A stretch of DNA of 64,000 nucleotides. It comes from Blasia pusilla. Its lineage: Eukaryota. The notes under the pieces are model-generated. The model was not told the origin of the DNA. It did not search any database and saw nothing but the letters and a program-made list of their open reading frames with translations. Location of the stretch: positions 12,090,001 to 12,154,000 of the forward strand of contig CM114271.1 in assembly GCA_050084515.1 (NCBI GenBank), given 5' to 3'. Position 1 is the first letter of the stretch. Each line of letters begins with the position of its first letter. Of the stretch, positions 11,981-24,741 are shown piece by piece. A program made the position numbers and the translations under genes.

Positions 11981-14100
11981 CAAGGCTTGAAACTCCTCGC
12001 GGAACTCTGTACCCTGGTCTGTCAACACCTCAGTTGATGCACCATAATGACTCAGCACTCGATCTAGGAAGGCATACGCTACTCCCTCACTTGCTTTGTC
12101 AAGCAATGCAACCAACTCTATCCACTTTGAGAAGTGCTCAACCATCACCAACACATAACGACTATGGTGCTCTGTCAAAGGCAAAGGTCTTGCAAAATCC
12201 AAACTCCATCTATAACCTAAACCCATGATCAAAAGTGGATGCAAATGTGGAGTCAGAGCATTGAACGATGCTCGGACTCGATCACACACCATGCATTTGG
12301 AAACAAACTGCTGAACGTCAATCCGCATGCCTCGCCACCAATACGGAATCTGGAGCAAGCTGTACATCCGCTTCACTCCAAAATGACCCAAATCCTCGTG
12401 GGCATGATGCACCAAACGTGCTCTCTGCGAAGGATGAGGCACTACACGCACTCTACCATCCTCCTACACTCGCAACACATGTCTGCCCTCCCACCAAAAC
12501 CGTCTAGCTTGTTGTAGGATCCGATCCCGCTCTCTACCACCCACTCTGCTCGCGACGCTGTTAGTACGCAGGTACTCCAAGACCACTCCATCGTCGTGAA
12601 TGTCTTGGCCACTTGTCGTCTCCTCTCCGGCCTCTGGATCTAAGGACTCTCCATCAGACCTCACCATCGAGGTCTTAGAAATCTGGCTCTCCATAGCCAA
12701 CAAGCCCAAATAGGCTAACGTATGCCATCTTGGCCTCAACTCCTCATCACTCTCATCATGCCAACGAGCTCCAGTCGCATCTTGCTCACTCGAGCATGGG
12801 TTACGACTCAAACCATATGTATCCTGGTTGAGCATCCCAAGTCTATGCACTACCTGGAAGTCATACTCTTGCAACAAAAGATCCCACCTCGCAAGCTTCC
12901 CTGTAAGCTTATCGGACTCCATCAACCACTTAAGTGGCTAATGATCAGTAATGATGGTAAAGGGATTTCCAAATAGATAACATCTGAAATGTGCGACAAT
13001 CCACAGTGCAGCCAAGCACTCACCCTCATACGAGCTATACTTTGTCTCTGCAGCGTTGTTCGAGCGACTAGCGTAAGCCACTACAAACTCTCTACCATCA
13101 TCATCATGTTAGATGAGCACGGCTCCAAACCCCAACATGCTCCACTCGGTATGTAACTAGAAAGGACGCCCCTTAATCGGTCTCCTCAATATGGGCACGG
13201 ACGTCAATCCGTCCTTGAGCATGTGAAATGCTCTCTCCTGCTCATCCCCCCAGTGACACTCCTGATCCATCTTGGTCAACAAGGTTAGCAGCTTCGCAAT
13301 CGAACTGAAACCCTTGACGTATCGTCGATAGAAGTTTGCCAATCCCATGAATGTACGAACTCGATTCACATCTGTAGGGCGTGGAATGCCTGAAATAGCC
13401 TCTACCTTCGTCTGTTGCACACCAAGATCCCCTAGGTATATCGTATGAGCCAAGTACTCAATTTGGTTGTAGAAGAACTTGCACTTGCCTAGATGTAGCT
13501 TCAACCCATATAACTGCAATCGTCGAAACACCTCCTCTAGATGTCGCTCATGCTCCTCAACCCTGGTGCTAAAGACTACGATGTCATCAATATAACACCT
13601 AGCAAAATCCAGACCTGCCAATATCCTATCCATGACCCTCTGAAACTCACCCGGGGCATTCTTTAACCCGAATGGTAAGAACCGCCATTGTGCAAACAAT
13701 CCTTTCCATGAGGATCCATGCCCAAAAATGTTGTCTTCTTCCTGTCCTCCAATCTAATAGGCAATTGATGGTATCCGGCTCGCAAATCCAATGAACTGAA
13801 GACCTTTGCATGTCCAATCGTATCAAAGATCTCCTCAAGGATGGGCATGGCAAACCTATCAGACTTCGTCTGCCGATAGATAGGTTGGTAATCTCCACAC
13901 ATCCGCCTATCCGTCCAGTTGCCATTCACATCCTTCCTGGCAGGCATGATAGTGGCATATGCATACTCTCTATATATGCAACATCTCCACTAGTCTTGAT
14001 CCAACGAAGTCATGGCTCCTACTCTGAATCAGAGCCCTCTCCATGTCACTGTACTTGTAGAGTCGTCGGAAGATCGGCGTGTCACTCGATAACTCAATGC
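11981..14100 (-). pseudogene. E1 pol: RT, RNaseH and integrase core
   Basis: LPFGLKNAP, YIDDIVV, GKLARW, HEDLGHFG...CMVC, WSLDF, VLTDQGTEF. Confidence 0.92.
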
Positions 14101-14539
14101 GGATCCCTACATCATACCCAAATCATGCATACTAAATGCAAAACAACTCCTATAACTCCTAAGGAATTGGTGTATCCGGCACCACTCTCCTCTTGTCAAC
14201 TTAGGGCCCATATATGGCTCCCAAGTCTCCATCGTGACTATGGTAGGACTCTCCAGCGCGGATGTCGGTGGTTGCTATCGTGCAACCCCGTCTCGGACAA
14301 TAGAACTCTCATCTCCACGTGTAGTACCCGAAACCACGCTCAATGCTATGGCTATCATCTCCTGGGGTACCTGCAAAACATCCCAAGAAGTCCAAAGGTG
14401 TCTCTCCCAATCATCCCTGGTATGTCGATCTCCTTGGGTCTCCTCCCCAGCCACTGCCTCAACCGTCTTGGTAGGCATGGGGATCACCAACGCAACAACT
14501 GTGATCTGTCGCATCCTCAAACGACGCTGCTCAGCTACT

Positions 14540-15133
14540 CCTAAGCTGAAAATCATGTCAAGCAGTTCACGTCCATTGCCTGACCTAAGAATGACGTTGT
14601 GATGCCTCTGATAGTGACGGTACTGCCGTCACTCCTATGGGGAATCCCATCGCTCGCTCTTGCTCATCGGCGTTAGGCTCCACCAACCTCTGTACTTGGT
14701 CATCCCAAACCAAGCCAAGTCCGTCCTCCTTGAATGCATAGGAAGCGGGAAAACTCACCAATGTGGCAAAGGCTGCCCGTGGCCTGCCAATCCTCTTGAC
14801 CACAATCAACCGTGGTTGATCATCTAGCCTCATTGTCTATGATCGACGGCCCAGATCCAATATAGAATCCACCAAAAAATCGAAGGGGCGCTCCACTCTC
14901 GCATATGCCCTCCGCAACACCTCGTGTGGTACCTAGTTGGTCTACCAAAGACGCGGGTGATGTGCTCATGAACCCACACTCGCCGCATCCAACAAAACTG
15001 CCGGGCCGATCCATGCGCGCATTTGATATGCACTTGTCACCAGACGGGACCTCAAATCGCCCAAAATCAATACATTCTCCATAATGTATACTGGAGGACG
15101 AGACTGATGCTCCCGAAATTGTCGCAAGATCCG
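14540..15133 (-). pseudogene. E1 DNMT3-like C5 methyltransferase, C-terminal half (motifs VI, VIII, IX, X)
   Basis: VYIMENVL; GS*AHHPRLW*TN; EQERAMGFPIGVTAVPSLSEASQRH. Confidence 0.8.
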
Positions 15134-15496
15134 TGTTGTGCGCATACACATCGCTACACAACATACATCGTTGTCACCGAACACACACACAAACACGCAC
15201 AATCCCATGCTAACTCATGGCATCCAAACAACGAGACAAGAAGTACGAAAATATCTCCAATGTTGTTGTGCGTATACACATCGCTACACAACATACATCG
15301 CTGTCACCGAACACATACACAAACACGCACAATCTCATGCTAACTCATGGCATCCAACCAACGAGACAAGAAGTACCAAAATATCTCCAATATCTCCAAT
15401 ATTTTGGTACTTCTTGTCTCGTTGTTATCGTGCGGGTTTGTGTGTGTGTTCGGTGACAACGATGTATGTTGTGTAGCGATGTGTATGCGCACGACA
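15134..15496. repeat. Y-Y-inverted-Y foldback built from the E1 terminal Y repeat
   Basis: Direct copies at 15134-15261 and 15264-15391; inverted, internally deleted copy at ~15399-15496 ending in CA. Confidence 0.85.
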
Positions 15497-15879
15497 TATT
15501 GCTCGCAGCCTTACATTACTACCGTGCTTCTCAGTATAAGCTCGCGACGATGCTGAAGGAAAAACTAATTCTGTGACGATTCTCACACTCTAAGAGCCTG
15601 GCCAACCCTTGAATTAGTCAAACACTCCACAAAGTGTTTCCGGCCAGCTCTTGGATACTCCCTTGAAGATATGGCCATTGTCTGATCAGTTGATAACGAC
15701 CCTGTCTAACACAATTGGCGTGTACACCCGCCTAAGCTACGATTGCTACGATTTTTCCCTCTCTCCCTCCTTTCTACCTATCACAGTGTGGCACTAAATG
15801 CATTCAAATTCTACCCTATAAGTCGCTACCTGAACCTCCAACTCACAACACAATTCTCCCTCTCCTTCTCCTTCTCCCT

Positions 15880-15884
<5 letters not shown>

Positions 15885-15946
<62 letters not shown>
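15885..15946. repeat. (CT)n microsatellite, about 31 units
   Basis: Read directly from sequence. Confidence 0.98.
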
Positions 15947-15949
<3 letters not shown>

Positions 15950-16570
15950 CACGTCTTTTAGGATAGATCGGTGAGATCTAGTAGAGTGCCTTTGTGAGTA
16001 GTGGAGAACACGCTCAGTAGGTTGAGGATGACCTACTGAGGCCCCGGAAAACCTGAGAGAGCAGGTTTCCATTTCGTTTCGGCTCATTTGGAGCCATATT
16101 GAGGAACTTACTATTCTAGGTAAGTACCATTTTGAGTATATGATCCACTTTCTATTTTTGTTAAGTGGCCCTTGACCTCCTACATTAGGTCAAGAGCCAA
16201 GGAGATGACTTGGGAGCATAACTTACCATGGAGAGAGCTTGGGAGAGGGGAGGGGTATACCTCAAGGAGAGAGAGCTTGAGAGCTCATTCTCTCTTTGTT
16301 GAATCTCTTGGCATGAGGCGGTGGAGCTATGGTGTTGCTTGCCTTGTGTGAGTAACCCAAACCTCTCATTAGGAGAGTGGGTTTGGTTTGACATTGAGAG
16401 AGACATGTGAGAAAGCACACACTTGAGAGCTATGGTGTTGAGAGAGATTGGATCTTATTTTACAAAGAGAGAATGAGTGAGTGAGAGAGCTTCATGGGGG
16501 AGCTTGCTGGTTGTTCAATGTTTGGTGCAGGTTGGGGGACCGTGTTCCCTGCTTCATGGCTCATGAGAGT
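15947..16570 (+). mobile_element. 5' end of another E1-subfamily copy (X repeat, PBS position, start of leader)
   Basis: Starts TGTCAC; reverse-complement homologue of 23030-23658. Confidence 0.88.
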
Positions 16571-17375
16571 GCTCACCGAAGCAAGAGCCGTGCGAGTTTG
16601 TTGTTTTTCTTTGCGTATTTTTTGTACGGGAGAGTGACACACGGAAGCGCTGCCCAATTTTTGATAGAAATTGAGTATGGGGGGTGGATTGCTCTATGGT
16701 GATGCTCTCGGGAGCACCATGTAGCTTGCTGATTTGTGTTCTCACAGGTTTTACAGTTTTGTTGGGAGAAATCAGCGTGGAAGCGCTGCCATATTTTGTG
16801 TAGGAGAAAGAGACATTGGGCTTTACGACAGTCCCCATCAGTTTTTACTAGAATGTCTAATTCAAAATACTTTTTAACGTTGTCGTAGATCGTGAAGCTA
16901 TGCACGTTGTGCAATAAATGGTGCGCAACTAGGAGTTGCGAGCAAAAAGTTATGGTCAATCTTGCAAAGTTGCCATTGCTAGGCGATTTTTAGGGTTAAA
17001 TTGTTCAAACCCTAAACCAGGCGCCGTGCCAGCAGCGGCCGTCATGGTCATAGTCCCCGTCAACGATCAACCATCGCCATCAACAGTCAACCATCACCAT
17101 CAAAGGTCAATCGTCGCTCTCAGCCGCTGCTCTAAACAAGTTACTCCGGCCACGAAAATGACCGCACAGGTAGTAGGCCAACGCTTTTATGGGGGCAAAA
17201 ACCTAAACGGTGTCTTGGTTGCGGCGGTCCGGGTGTAACTACCCTGCCCCAACGGTTAGAGACTACATCCTTTGCTTCGTGCTTTGTGCTTTGAGCTTCA
17301 CATAAGACCGAAGCGCCTTCTTCTCTTGTGATGTGCCTTTTACCACGCAAAAGCGCTTCGGTACGAAGTGGTGCT

Positions 17376-19820
17376 TTCCCCCTCCCTCAACTTTTAGTCA
17401 GGGTATGGTTGCGGCTCATGATATCTTCGAACATGCATGTCGTTGACACGAGTGGGTAATGCTTCTCCGGTTAAGGTTTCCAACTGCAGTGATCCATTGT
17501 CATATATCGCGATCACCCGGTAGGGTCCCATCCACTTTAATTTTAGTTTCCCGGGGAACTTCAGCCGGTGGTTATCATACATCAACACCAGGTCCCCAAT
17601 GCTTATAGATTGTGGCCATAGATGTCTATTGTATCGTTGCTTCCGTTCATCTGGGTAACGCGTTTGGTCTGGCGTAGAGATAAGACCCGTGCTTCCTCCA
17701 AGGCTACTAAGGTCTCATTTCTTGCCTGAAGAATTCTTGTGGCATCCTCCCTTCTATTTCCCTCCAATACGCCATAAGTGGGCAGAGCCCATTCAATAGG
17801 GGTCAAAGGTTGAACTCCATAAGTAAGATAGAACAGGGTATACTTGGTAGTAACCTTTTGTGTTGTTCGGTAGGCCCACAATGCCGTTGAGATTTTCACG
17901 TCCCAATCATAGGGATATGTAACTGTCAAGCGATTCAATATCCGGCAGATCAATCCGTTACATTTTTCGGTTAACCCGTTGGCTTTAGGAATGTACGGCG
18001 TGGTCTTCCTATGCTTGATTAAGAAGTGGGAAGTTAGGGACTCAATAGTCTTGTTCAAGAAGTGAGTGCCACGATCACTTACTAATTCCAATGGGCAGCC
18101 ATACCAAGTGATAATCATTTCGTAAAAAAATTTGGCTACTGCCTCACTCTCATCTTTTCGCGTGGCCACCGCCTTGACCATCTTGGTACAATAGTCGGTG
18201 GCTATAAGGATATACTTCCGCCTTATTTGGCGGGTAGCGGGGGAGATAGGGCCCACAAAGTCAATACCCCATTTTTCAAAAGGAGCTAGGGGGCATGATG
18301 GGTACCAAAGGCCACCGCGAGGTAGCCGTTGGTCGACCAGCTCTTTGACACGCATCACAACTCTGAATAAATTGGCCTACATCCTTGTACATGGTTGGCT
18401 ACCAGTAACGTGCGGCCAAGATGTTTTTTACTATGTTCTTGATGGCATAGTGTCCACTGGAATCGGCCGCATGCATGGCCCTAATAATGTGGGAAATTTC
18501 GTATGTTTCCAAGCATCGTCGGTACTCTTCATCAACACCTACTTTGAATAATACTCCCCGACACAACTCATATGGTCGTATCTTATGTAAAAAGACTACC
18601 CGTTCCTCCGCCGTCATAGGGGCTAGAAGTTGGAGGGTAATCAGGAAACGCAAAATATCTTCATAGAGGGATTAACACAATTGGTTTCAATGTTTCAAAT
18701 GCGGCTTGGCAGGTTGGGGTCCACTCCCATTCGGTGGTCTTCTTAAGCAACGCGGTTAGTGCTCCTGCCTTTACTGCATAATCCTTAATGAACCGTCGAT
18801 AGTATCCGACATGGCCCAAAAAATCTCTCAACTCTCGAAGATTCATGGGGGGTTCCAATGCTACGATAATATCTACTTTGGCCTTATCGACCTCAATCCC
18901 CTGGGCAGACACTCGGTGTCCCAACAAGATGCCTTGTCTCATAGCAATATATGATTTTTCAGGATGGAGGGATAAATGCACTTTGCGGCATCGTGCCAAG
19001 GTTAATTCTAATTTCTGTAAATACTCTGCTTCTATGCTGAAAATAAAAAATTCATCGAGGAAAATTTTGACGAACTTCCGTAGGTACCCTAGGAAGATAG
19101 AGATCATCATCTGCTGGAAGGTTGCCGACGCATTGCACAAACCTAACGGCATTACTCGATACGCAAAGGTGCCCTAGTCCGTGGTGAAATTCGTTAGGGG
19201 CCGATCTTTCTCCCTAATGGATACTTGGTTATACCCTGAGTACCCGTCCAAAAATGTATAACGCTCGTGACCCGCAACTTTGTCCAAAATGTTGTTGGTG
19301 AAGGGTAGGGGATGATGGTCTTTCAAGGTGGCCGCATTCAACTTCCAATAATCCTGGCACACCCTCATTTTCCCGGTTTGATTCTTAGATACAATTACAA
19401 TGGGAGAAACCCACTCGCTACTTAACACGGGGTAAATTATTCCAGCTTTGAGACGTTGGTCAATTTCGTCCTTGACCAACAATGAGTATTTAGGATTAAG
19501 AGGATACTGCCTCATCCGCACCGGGACAACGCCTGCTTTTAGATGGATTCGGTGTTCACCATACTGTGCTAGAATGCCTATCATTTCATCCATGGAATAT
19601 GAAAACACATCCAAGTACTCAAGCAATAAGTTTTTATACCTAGTGAATTATGCAGGAGACAATTCCGCCGACAGGCATGAGGACTTCTGACTCGTAATTG
19701 GGACCTGTACATAGTCCTTTTCCTGAACCATATTTTCCGCAAATTGGAATGTGTTATGGCCTAGATTTTCTTCCTCTCGGGTTGACCTCTGTTCCCTAGA
19801 GGCCGAACCTTCATCTATTT
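17376..19820 (-). pseudogene. Unrelated Ty3/Gypsy pol fragment (RT, partial RNaseH, integrase) with PPT
   Basis: FLDGYSGYNQ, MPLGLCNASATFQ, FEKWGIDFVGP, LVSDRGTHF, PGKLKLKWMGPY; purine tract at 17376-17388 on the minus strand. Confidence 0.9.
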
Positions 19821-19823
19821 CAT

Positions 19824-20032
19824 AGAGAGAGCTTGAGAGCTCACTCTCTCTTTGTTGAACCTCTTAGCATGAGGCGGCGGAGCTATGGTCCCTTGCCTTG
19901 TGAGTGCAACCCAAGCCTCTCATTAGAAGAGTGGGTTTGGTTTGACATGAGAGAGAGTGCACACCTTTGAGAGCTATGGTGTGAGATTGTGTAGAGAGAG
20001 ATTGGATCTTACTTTACAAAGAGAGAATAAGA
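19824..20032 (+). repeat. Inverted partial copy of the E1 X repeat (transcribed part plus PBS position)
   Basis: Near-identical reverse complement of ~23127-23335. Confidence 0.85.
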
Positions 20033-22354
20033 ATGTTTGTATCTGGAAGGACAACGCTCCACATCGGCTCTCGTCAAGCCCAATCCTCTGAATGACGCTT
20101 TCCCCAACATGAGGGGTTGCGCTCCTGAATCCAACAAGATGCGCTGCGGACTAAAAGCTCTACCTTCGGGACTTACCAATTGGAATACCTCTCCTCGATT
20201 ATCCAGCAACACAACACTAGGAGAAGCCATGGCACGCTTTATCGCGGGTCTAGCGGGCATCTCCGCCATCCTAGCAGCCGTAGCCTGCCATGAATGTGAC
20301 GTGGACGGTCCGAGCATCCGCTCCAAAGGCAGGTCCATCACCTCCTCTGCAATCACCTCTGAACGTGATGCATGAACTCCAACTCCGCGCTCACATAGCG
20401 AAGTGGCTAGCCGAAAAGCCTTGGCGGGCGTACCCCCCAACATCATAACATCGAAAGCACAAAATAAAGGAGTGCGGTACACAACGGTGGCCGCCCCCAA
20501 CAACGTGCTTGACACATGCCCATCCTGAGCATCAACAATAGAAGTCGTCGCACTCGTTTCTCCCATCACCCTCGGTGCCTGCACACCCACAACATCACCC
20601 ACTCTCAAGGAACTTTGATGAGGACCCATCGATGGGGTCCTCATCGCTTCGGACAACGTGAAAGACTAAGGAAGCCTAGTGTGTTTTCTGGCTTCCCCTC
20701 GTTGTGGATCCAACACGGCGGCTGCTCCACGCGTCACAACTACGGCGGCCTCCATCTGGGCAACCCCGCACATCCAACCAGGATCCTCTAGATCTTTGGC
20801 TGCTCCATATGATGTCGATGCCATGGATCTGGCATCGGGTAACCTCAATGCCATAGCGGCAATCTGCTCATGTAGCTGCTGTATGTGAGCAGCCATTCCA
20901 GCCTCACGTCCGGCGTCTCCCTCGGCGCTTCTAGGTGGTGGTACTCTACCTCCTCCACGGGCAGCTCCACCACCATGTTGGGCAGCTCCAACTCCTCGTC
21001 CCCCAACGAGACCACCTGGTGCACGATCTGTAGGCCCACCCGGACTGCCTACTCGCCCTGGTGCCCTCTCTGGCTCTCACTCCAGACGTAACTCAGGATG
21101 TAAACTGAAACACCTAGCACGTGTATGACCATACCTCTGACAATAGTCACATTGATAACCTCTTGATGGAGCACCATATCCTCCTCCAGGATGAGACACA
21201 CGTCCATGACCCTGACGAGTGCAATGGCGCTAATGATGGGCTCGACCACATGACCAACAAGTAATAGTAGGCGGCTGCTGTTGAGCCGCATATGAAGGCA
21301 CAGGTCTTTGTGCCACGGGCTCCCGGTATCCTCCTTGAGCTTATGGTGCCATAGTTGACCTATCTCGGAGTCCAGGTTGCTGCATAGGTGGTGCAGCCAA
21401 TCGCAACTGCTCTCACCCAAAACCCATGGTGGCTATGCTCTCCTCCGCCATATTGCGCTCAATGTTCTTGGCGGTCCTAAAAACATCTCTCAACGTAGGG
21501 GAGGTATTCAGAAGAAGCACCCCCTCCCGCACCCGTGGCCGCAGGGTTTGGTCCAACATTGCGTACCATGACTGGATAGCCTGAGCCTCTGTCACCCCCT
21601 GAGTGACGTTGATCAACCGGCGCAAGCGAGTGTAAGCCTCACGTAAACTCTCACCAGGGCGCCTTTGGAAGTTGTGGATGCTCCGCAACTTCTCCGTCCG
21701 TACCCCTTGGTAGCTTGCCCTCAACTCAAAAAAGAACTCTACCACAGGGTTGAACCTGGGACAAACCCGACTAGACGGTGCAACTGCTCCAGTGCAAGTG
21801 ACCCCTCCTAAAACATCACTAGTGGAAGAGGAAGTAGCCTCTCCTGACTCCTCCTCCTTATTTGGGAACGGCTCCATCCATGACACATAGTGTAGGTCGT
21901 AGTAGAGTCGCCATGCCTCAATCTCCTGGGCATATATGTGGGAAAACTCATGGTAATCGTCAATGGGTGCCTCCTCTAAATGCTGGAATATACAGTTCCA
22001 TGCTGTAAACGGGTTGAACTCTCTAGAGTTCCTGGCTTGCTGGGAGTCGCACCAACTCCTAAACTCTACTATGAAATCGTGCAACTCAATCGTACCGACT
22101 GCACCTGAAAACCTATGCGGTCCTCTACCCCGGTCATCCATCTCGTACGCCCAACTGGTAGGACCACTCACAATGTGTGGCGATGTGCTCACAAACTCCT
22201 CTACACCCTCTCCCTCGTCTGATGATGACAGAGAAGGAGGTCGAGGTGGTCCCTGAAGTGAAGACCCTTGGAACCTCACGCCACTCCGCGTAAAACCTCT
22301 AGAGCTACTCTCGGGTTCACCACCTCGCCTCTCAAAGTCCCGAACGGACGCCGT
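20033..22354 (-). pseudogene. E1 gag and aspartic protease
   Basis: TRSG leader, RFSGAVGTIELHDF, FQRRPGESLREAY, decayed zinc knuckles, ILLDSGAQP protease motif. Confidence 0.82.
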
Positions 22355-24741
22355 GATGACCCTTGTGCCCTTCTCACTTGATCACTCTTGCCTCGTGAGT
22401 AATCCCTCAATCATTCATCCCAAACCTGCGACACTCGATCTACACTCTCCCTCCCCGAGACGTATAACGTGCGGCAACACGCGGCGTGGTGCGGCAAATC
22501 GACCAGGCTATCATCTCATCGAAAACCTACCTTCAAATCCGGACATCCCACATAGGTCTATGTCCCCTAAAACACATACATAAATGATGCTCTCAGCATC
22601 CACACACCCAATATCCCCAAATAAACTACCCAAATCCCAGAATCCCTCACACGTGCAGGGTAAAGGACTAGAATGAGTAACCTAAACACATGTCGATGTC
22701 GCTCCTCAACAACTGAAAATCTGGACCCCAACTCGGAGACAACTCCTCCAATCAGCAAGTCATACTCCTCCCGTACTGACGTTGCTCAAAACTCCTCCAT
22801 AGACGGTGCGGTTCCTGCGGAACGGTGCAGCGTTGCAGGCGACACGGAACGGCTACGAACGGCACGACCCTCGATGATGGGATGTGGCACTCGGAGACAT
22901 ACCCTCCTCAATCAACAATAAACCCACACTCTGCTCCACAATGCCAAAGCGGCTCCGTGATCGAGATGGTGCGGTGCAAAGAACAATCCAAGCAACCCTT
23001 GCTCCAGTGAGCACTCCCATGAACCGCTGAACGGGGAACACGGTCCCCAACCTGCAAAAACAGCGAGTGACCAGGAAGCTCCCCCATGAAGCTCTCTCAC
23101 TCTCTCATTCTCTCTTTATCTCTTTCTCTTATTCTCTCTTTGTAAAGTAAGATCCAGTCTCTCTCTACACAATCTCACACCATAGCTCTCAAAGGTGTGC
23201 ACTCTCTATCATGTCAAACCAAACCCACTCTTCTAATGAGAGGCTTGGATTACACTCACAAGGCAAGGGACCATAGCTCCGCCGCCTCATGCCAAGAGGT
23301 TCAACAAAGAGAGAGTGAGCTCTCAAGCTCTCTCTCCTTGGGATATATACCCCTCCCCTCTCCCAAGCTCTCTCCATGGTAACCTATTCTCCCAAGTCAC
23401 CTCCTTGGCTCTTGACCTGATGTAGGAGGTCAAGGGCCACTTACCAAAAATAGAAAGTTGATCATATACTCAAAATGATACTTTCCTAAAATAGTAAGTT
23501 CCTCAATATGGCTCCAAATGAGCCAAAACGAAGGGGAAACCTGGTCTCTCAGGTTTCCTAGGGCCTCAGCAGGTCATCCTCGACCTCTCAACCCTGTCCT
23601 CCACTTCTCTTGAAGACGCTCTACTAGATCTCACCGATATATCCTAAAGGACGTGACAATAGAGAGTGAGTAGCCCGTGACAGGTTTATAGTGTGGCTCG
23701 GGGAAGGGTCAAGGGTACGAGTTAGAATGTGGGGGGTCGGTCGCGCCTAGATGTATCGAAAGAGAACATAATGTAGATCATCTAGTATTGAAAAAAGGTA
23801 AAAGACATGATAGAAAGAACGAGCAAAGCTCGTGGAGCTGGCTCAGTGCAGTAAATTACACTATAGAGAGCAATCTCGTGAATAGATATGAAAAACATCA
23901 GCACAAATTTGATGAGACGCTCACAGCCGCCGATGATTGGGAAGCCCGAACGAAGGAGGGAAGCAAGAAGGAAATAAACAAATTCGTAACGGAACGCAGC
24001 CTCCACTCGGAAACAATAACTCGGGTTACAGACACGCTCGCATCCGAGGTAAACCTGGTAGCATCGGACAATCAAGAGTACGACAATGGTGAGTGGGCGC
24101 CACGTGGACATATGCAGCTAGTTCAAAGAGAAAAGGAAGGTTGAGGCATGTGGAAGAGGGATCATAAACCACTCCCACATGTAAAGGCCGTAAAGACCAA
24201 ACTAACGCATATACTAGGAAGGAGGAAAAGGAGAAATGGTTTACAGCCAAAACTTAGTCATGGTTAATTGTTGAGAGAGACCTTCACATCTTCCACTTTG
24301 TGACAGTCGTCTTTCCCTCCATCCCTCTCTCTCAAACGTTCGTTTACACCTTCTGGTTCCAATTTTCGAAATCGACGAGCTGTGCAATTCTGCTTTCCTC
24401 TCTTGTCCTCTGCTCTCAGGATGTACATGTTCGTCACAGATCGGGAAGTTAGTTCACTTCTGTTGCTTGAGTCAGCTCGAGAGGGTTCGGTCCGTGGTAC
24501 AATTTTGGCGCAACATGCAGTAGCATTCGGGCAAGACGTGAGCGATAGGTTGGTTGTTCAAGATTGATCGGGAGACCGTTTGGTGGGGGCGGTTGACGGC
24601 CTCAGAGGGAGAGACGTTGAAGGAATTGTATTCGGGGTCGACGGTAAGAGTGCAAAGAGGAGAGCCGGTTGGTAGTGAGGAGCAGCATGAACAGGTGCAG
24701 TAGAGGATTTAAGGACTGTTTTCCCCCGATGCTTTAGGCTC

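Larger units (their letters stand above)
9101..23658 (-). mobile_element. Element E1: decayed DNMT/PHD-bearing Gypsy-type retrotransposon with split direct repeats; interrupted or rearranged at 10985-11980 and 15134-20032 (may be a composite of two copies)
   Basis: 5' repeat X 23144-23658; gag ~21050-22354; protease LLDSGAQP ~20130; DNMT C-terminal half 14540-15133; RT (YIDD) 13157-13950; RNaseH; integrase 10770-12450; PHD ~10161-10310; PPT 9982-9992; Y 9854-9981; X 9229-9851; Y 9101-9228. No TSD seen. Confidence 0.8.

Noticed and set aside
13810-14544. 244-aa plus-strand ORF and similar antisense ORFs
   Set aside because: Shadow frames of retrotransposon pol with no recognisable motif, not conserved between copies
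15794-16087. ORF with an ER repeat
   Set aside because: Translation of the CT microsatellite plus terminal repeat
9096-23663. TSD uniting the two halves of E1
   Set aside because: Flanks aaatt and ataga do not match, so E1 may be a composite
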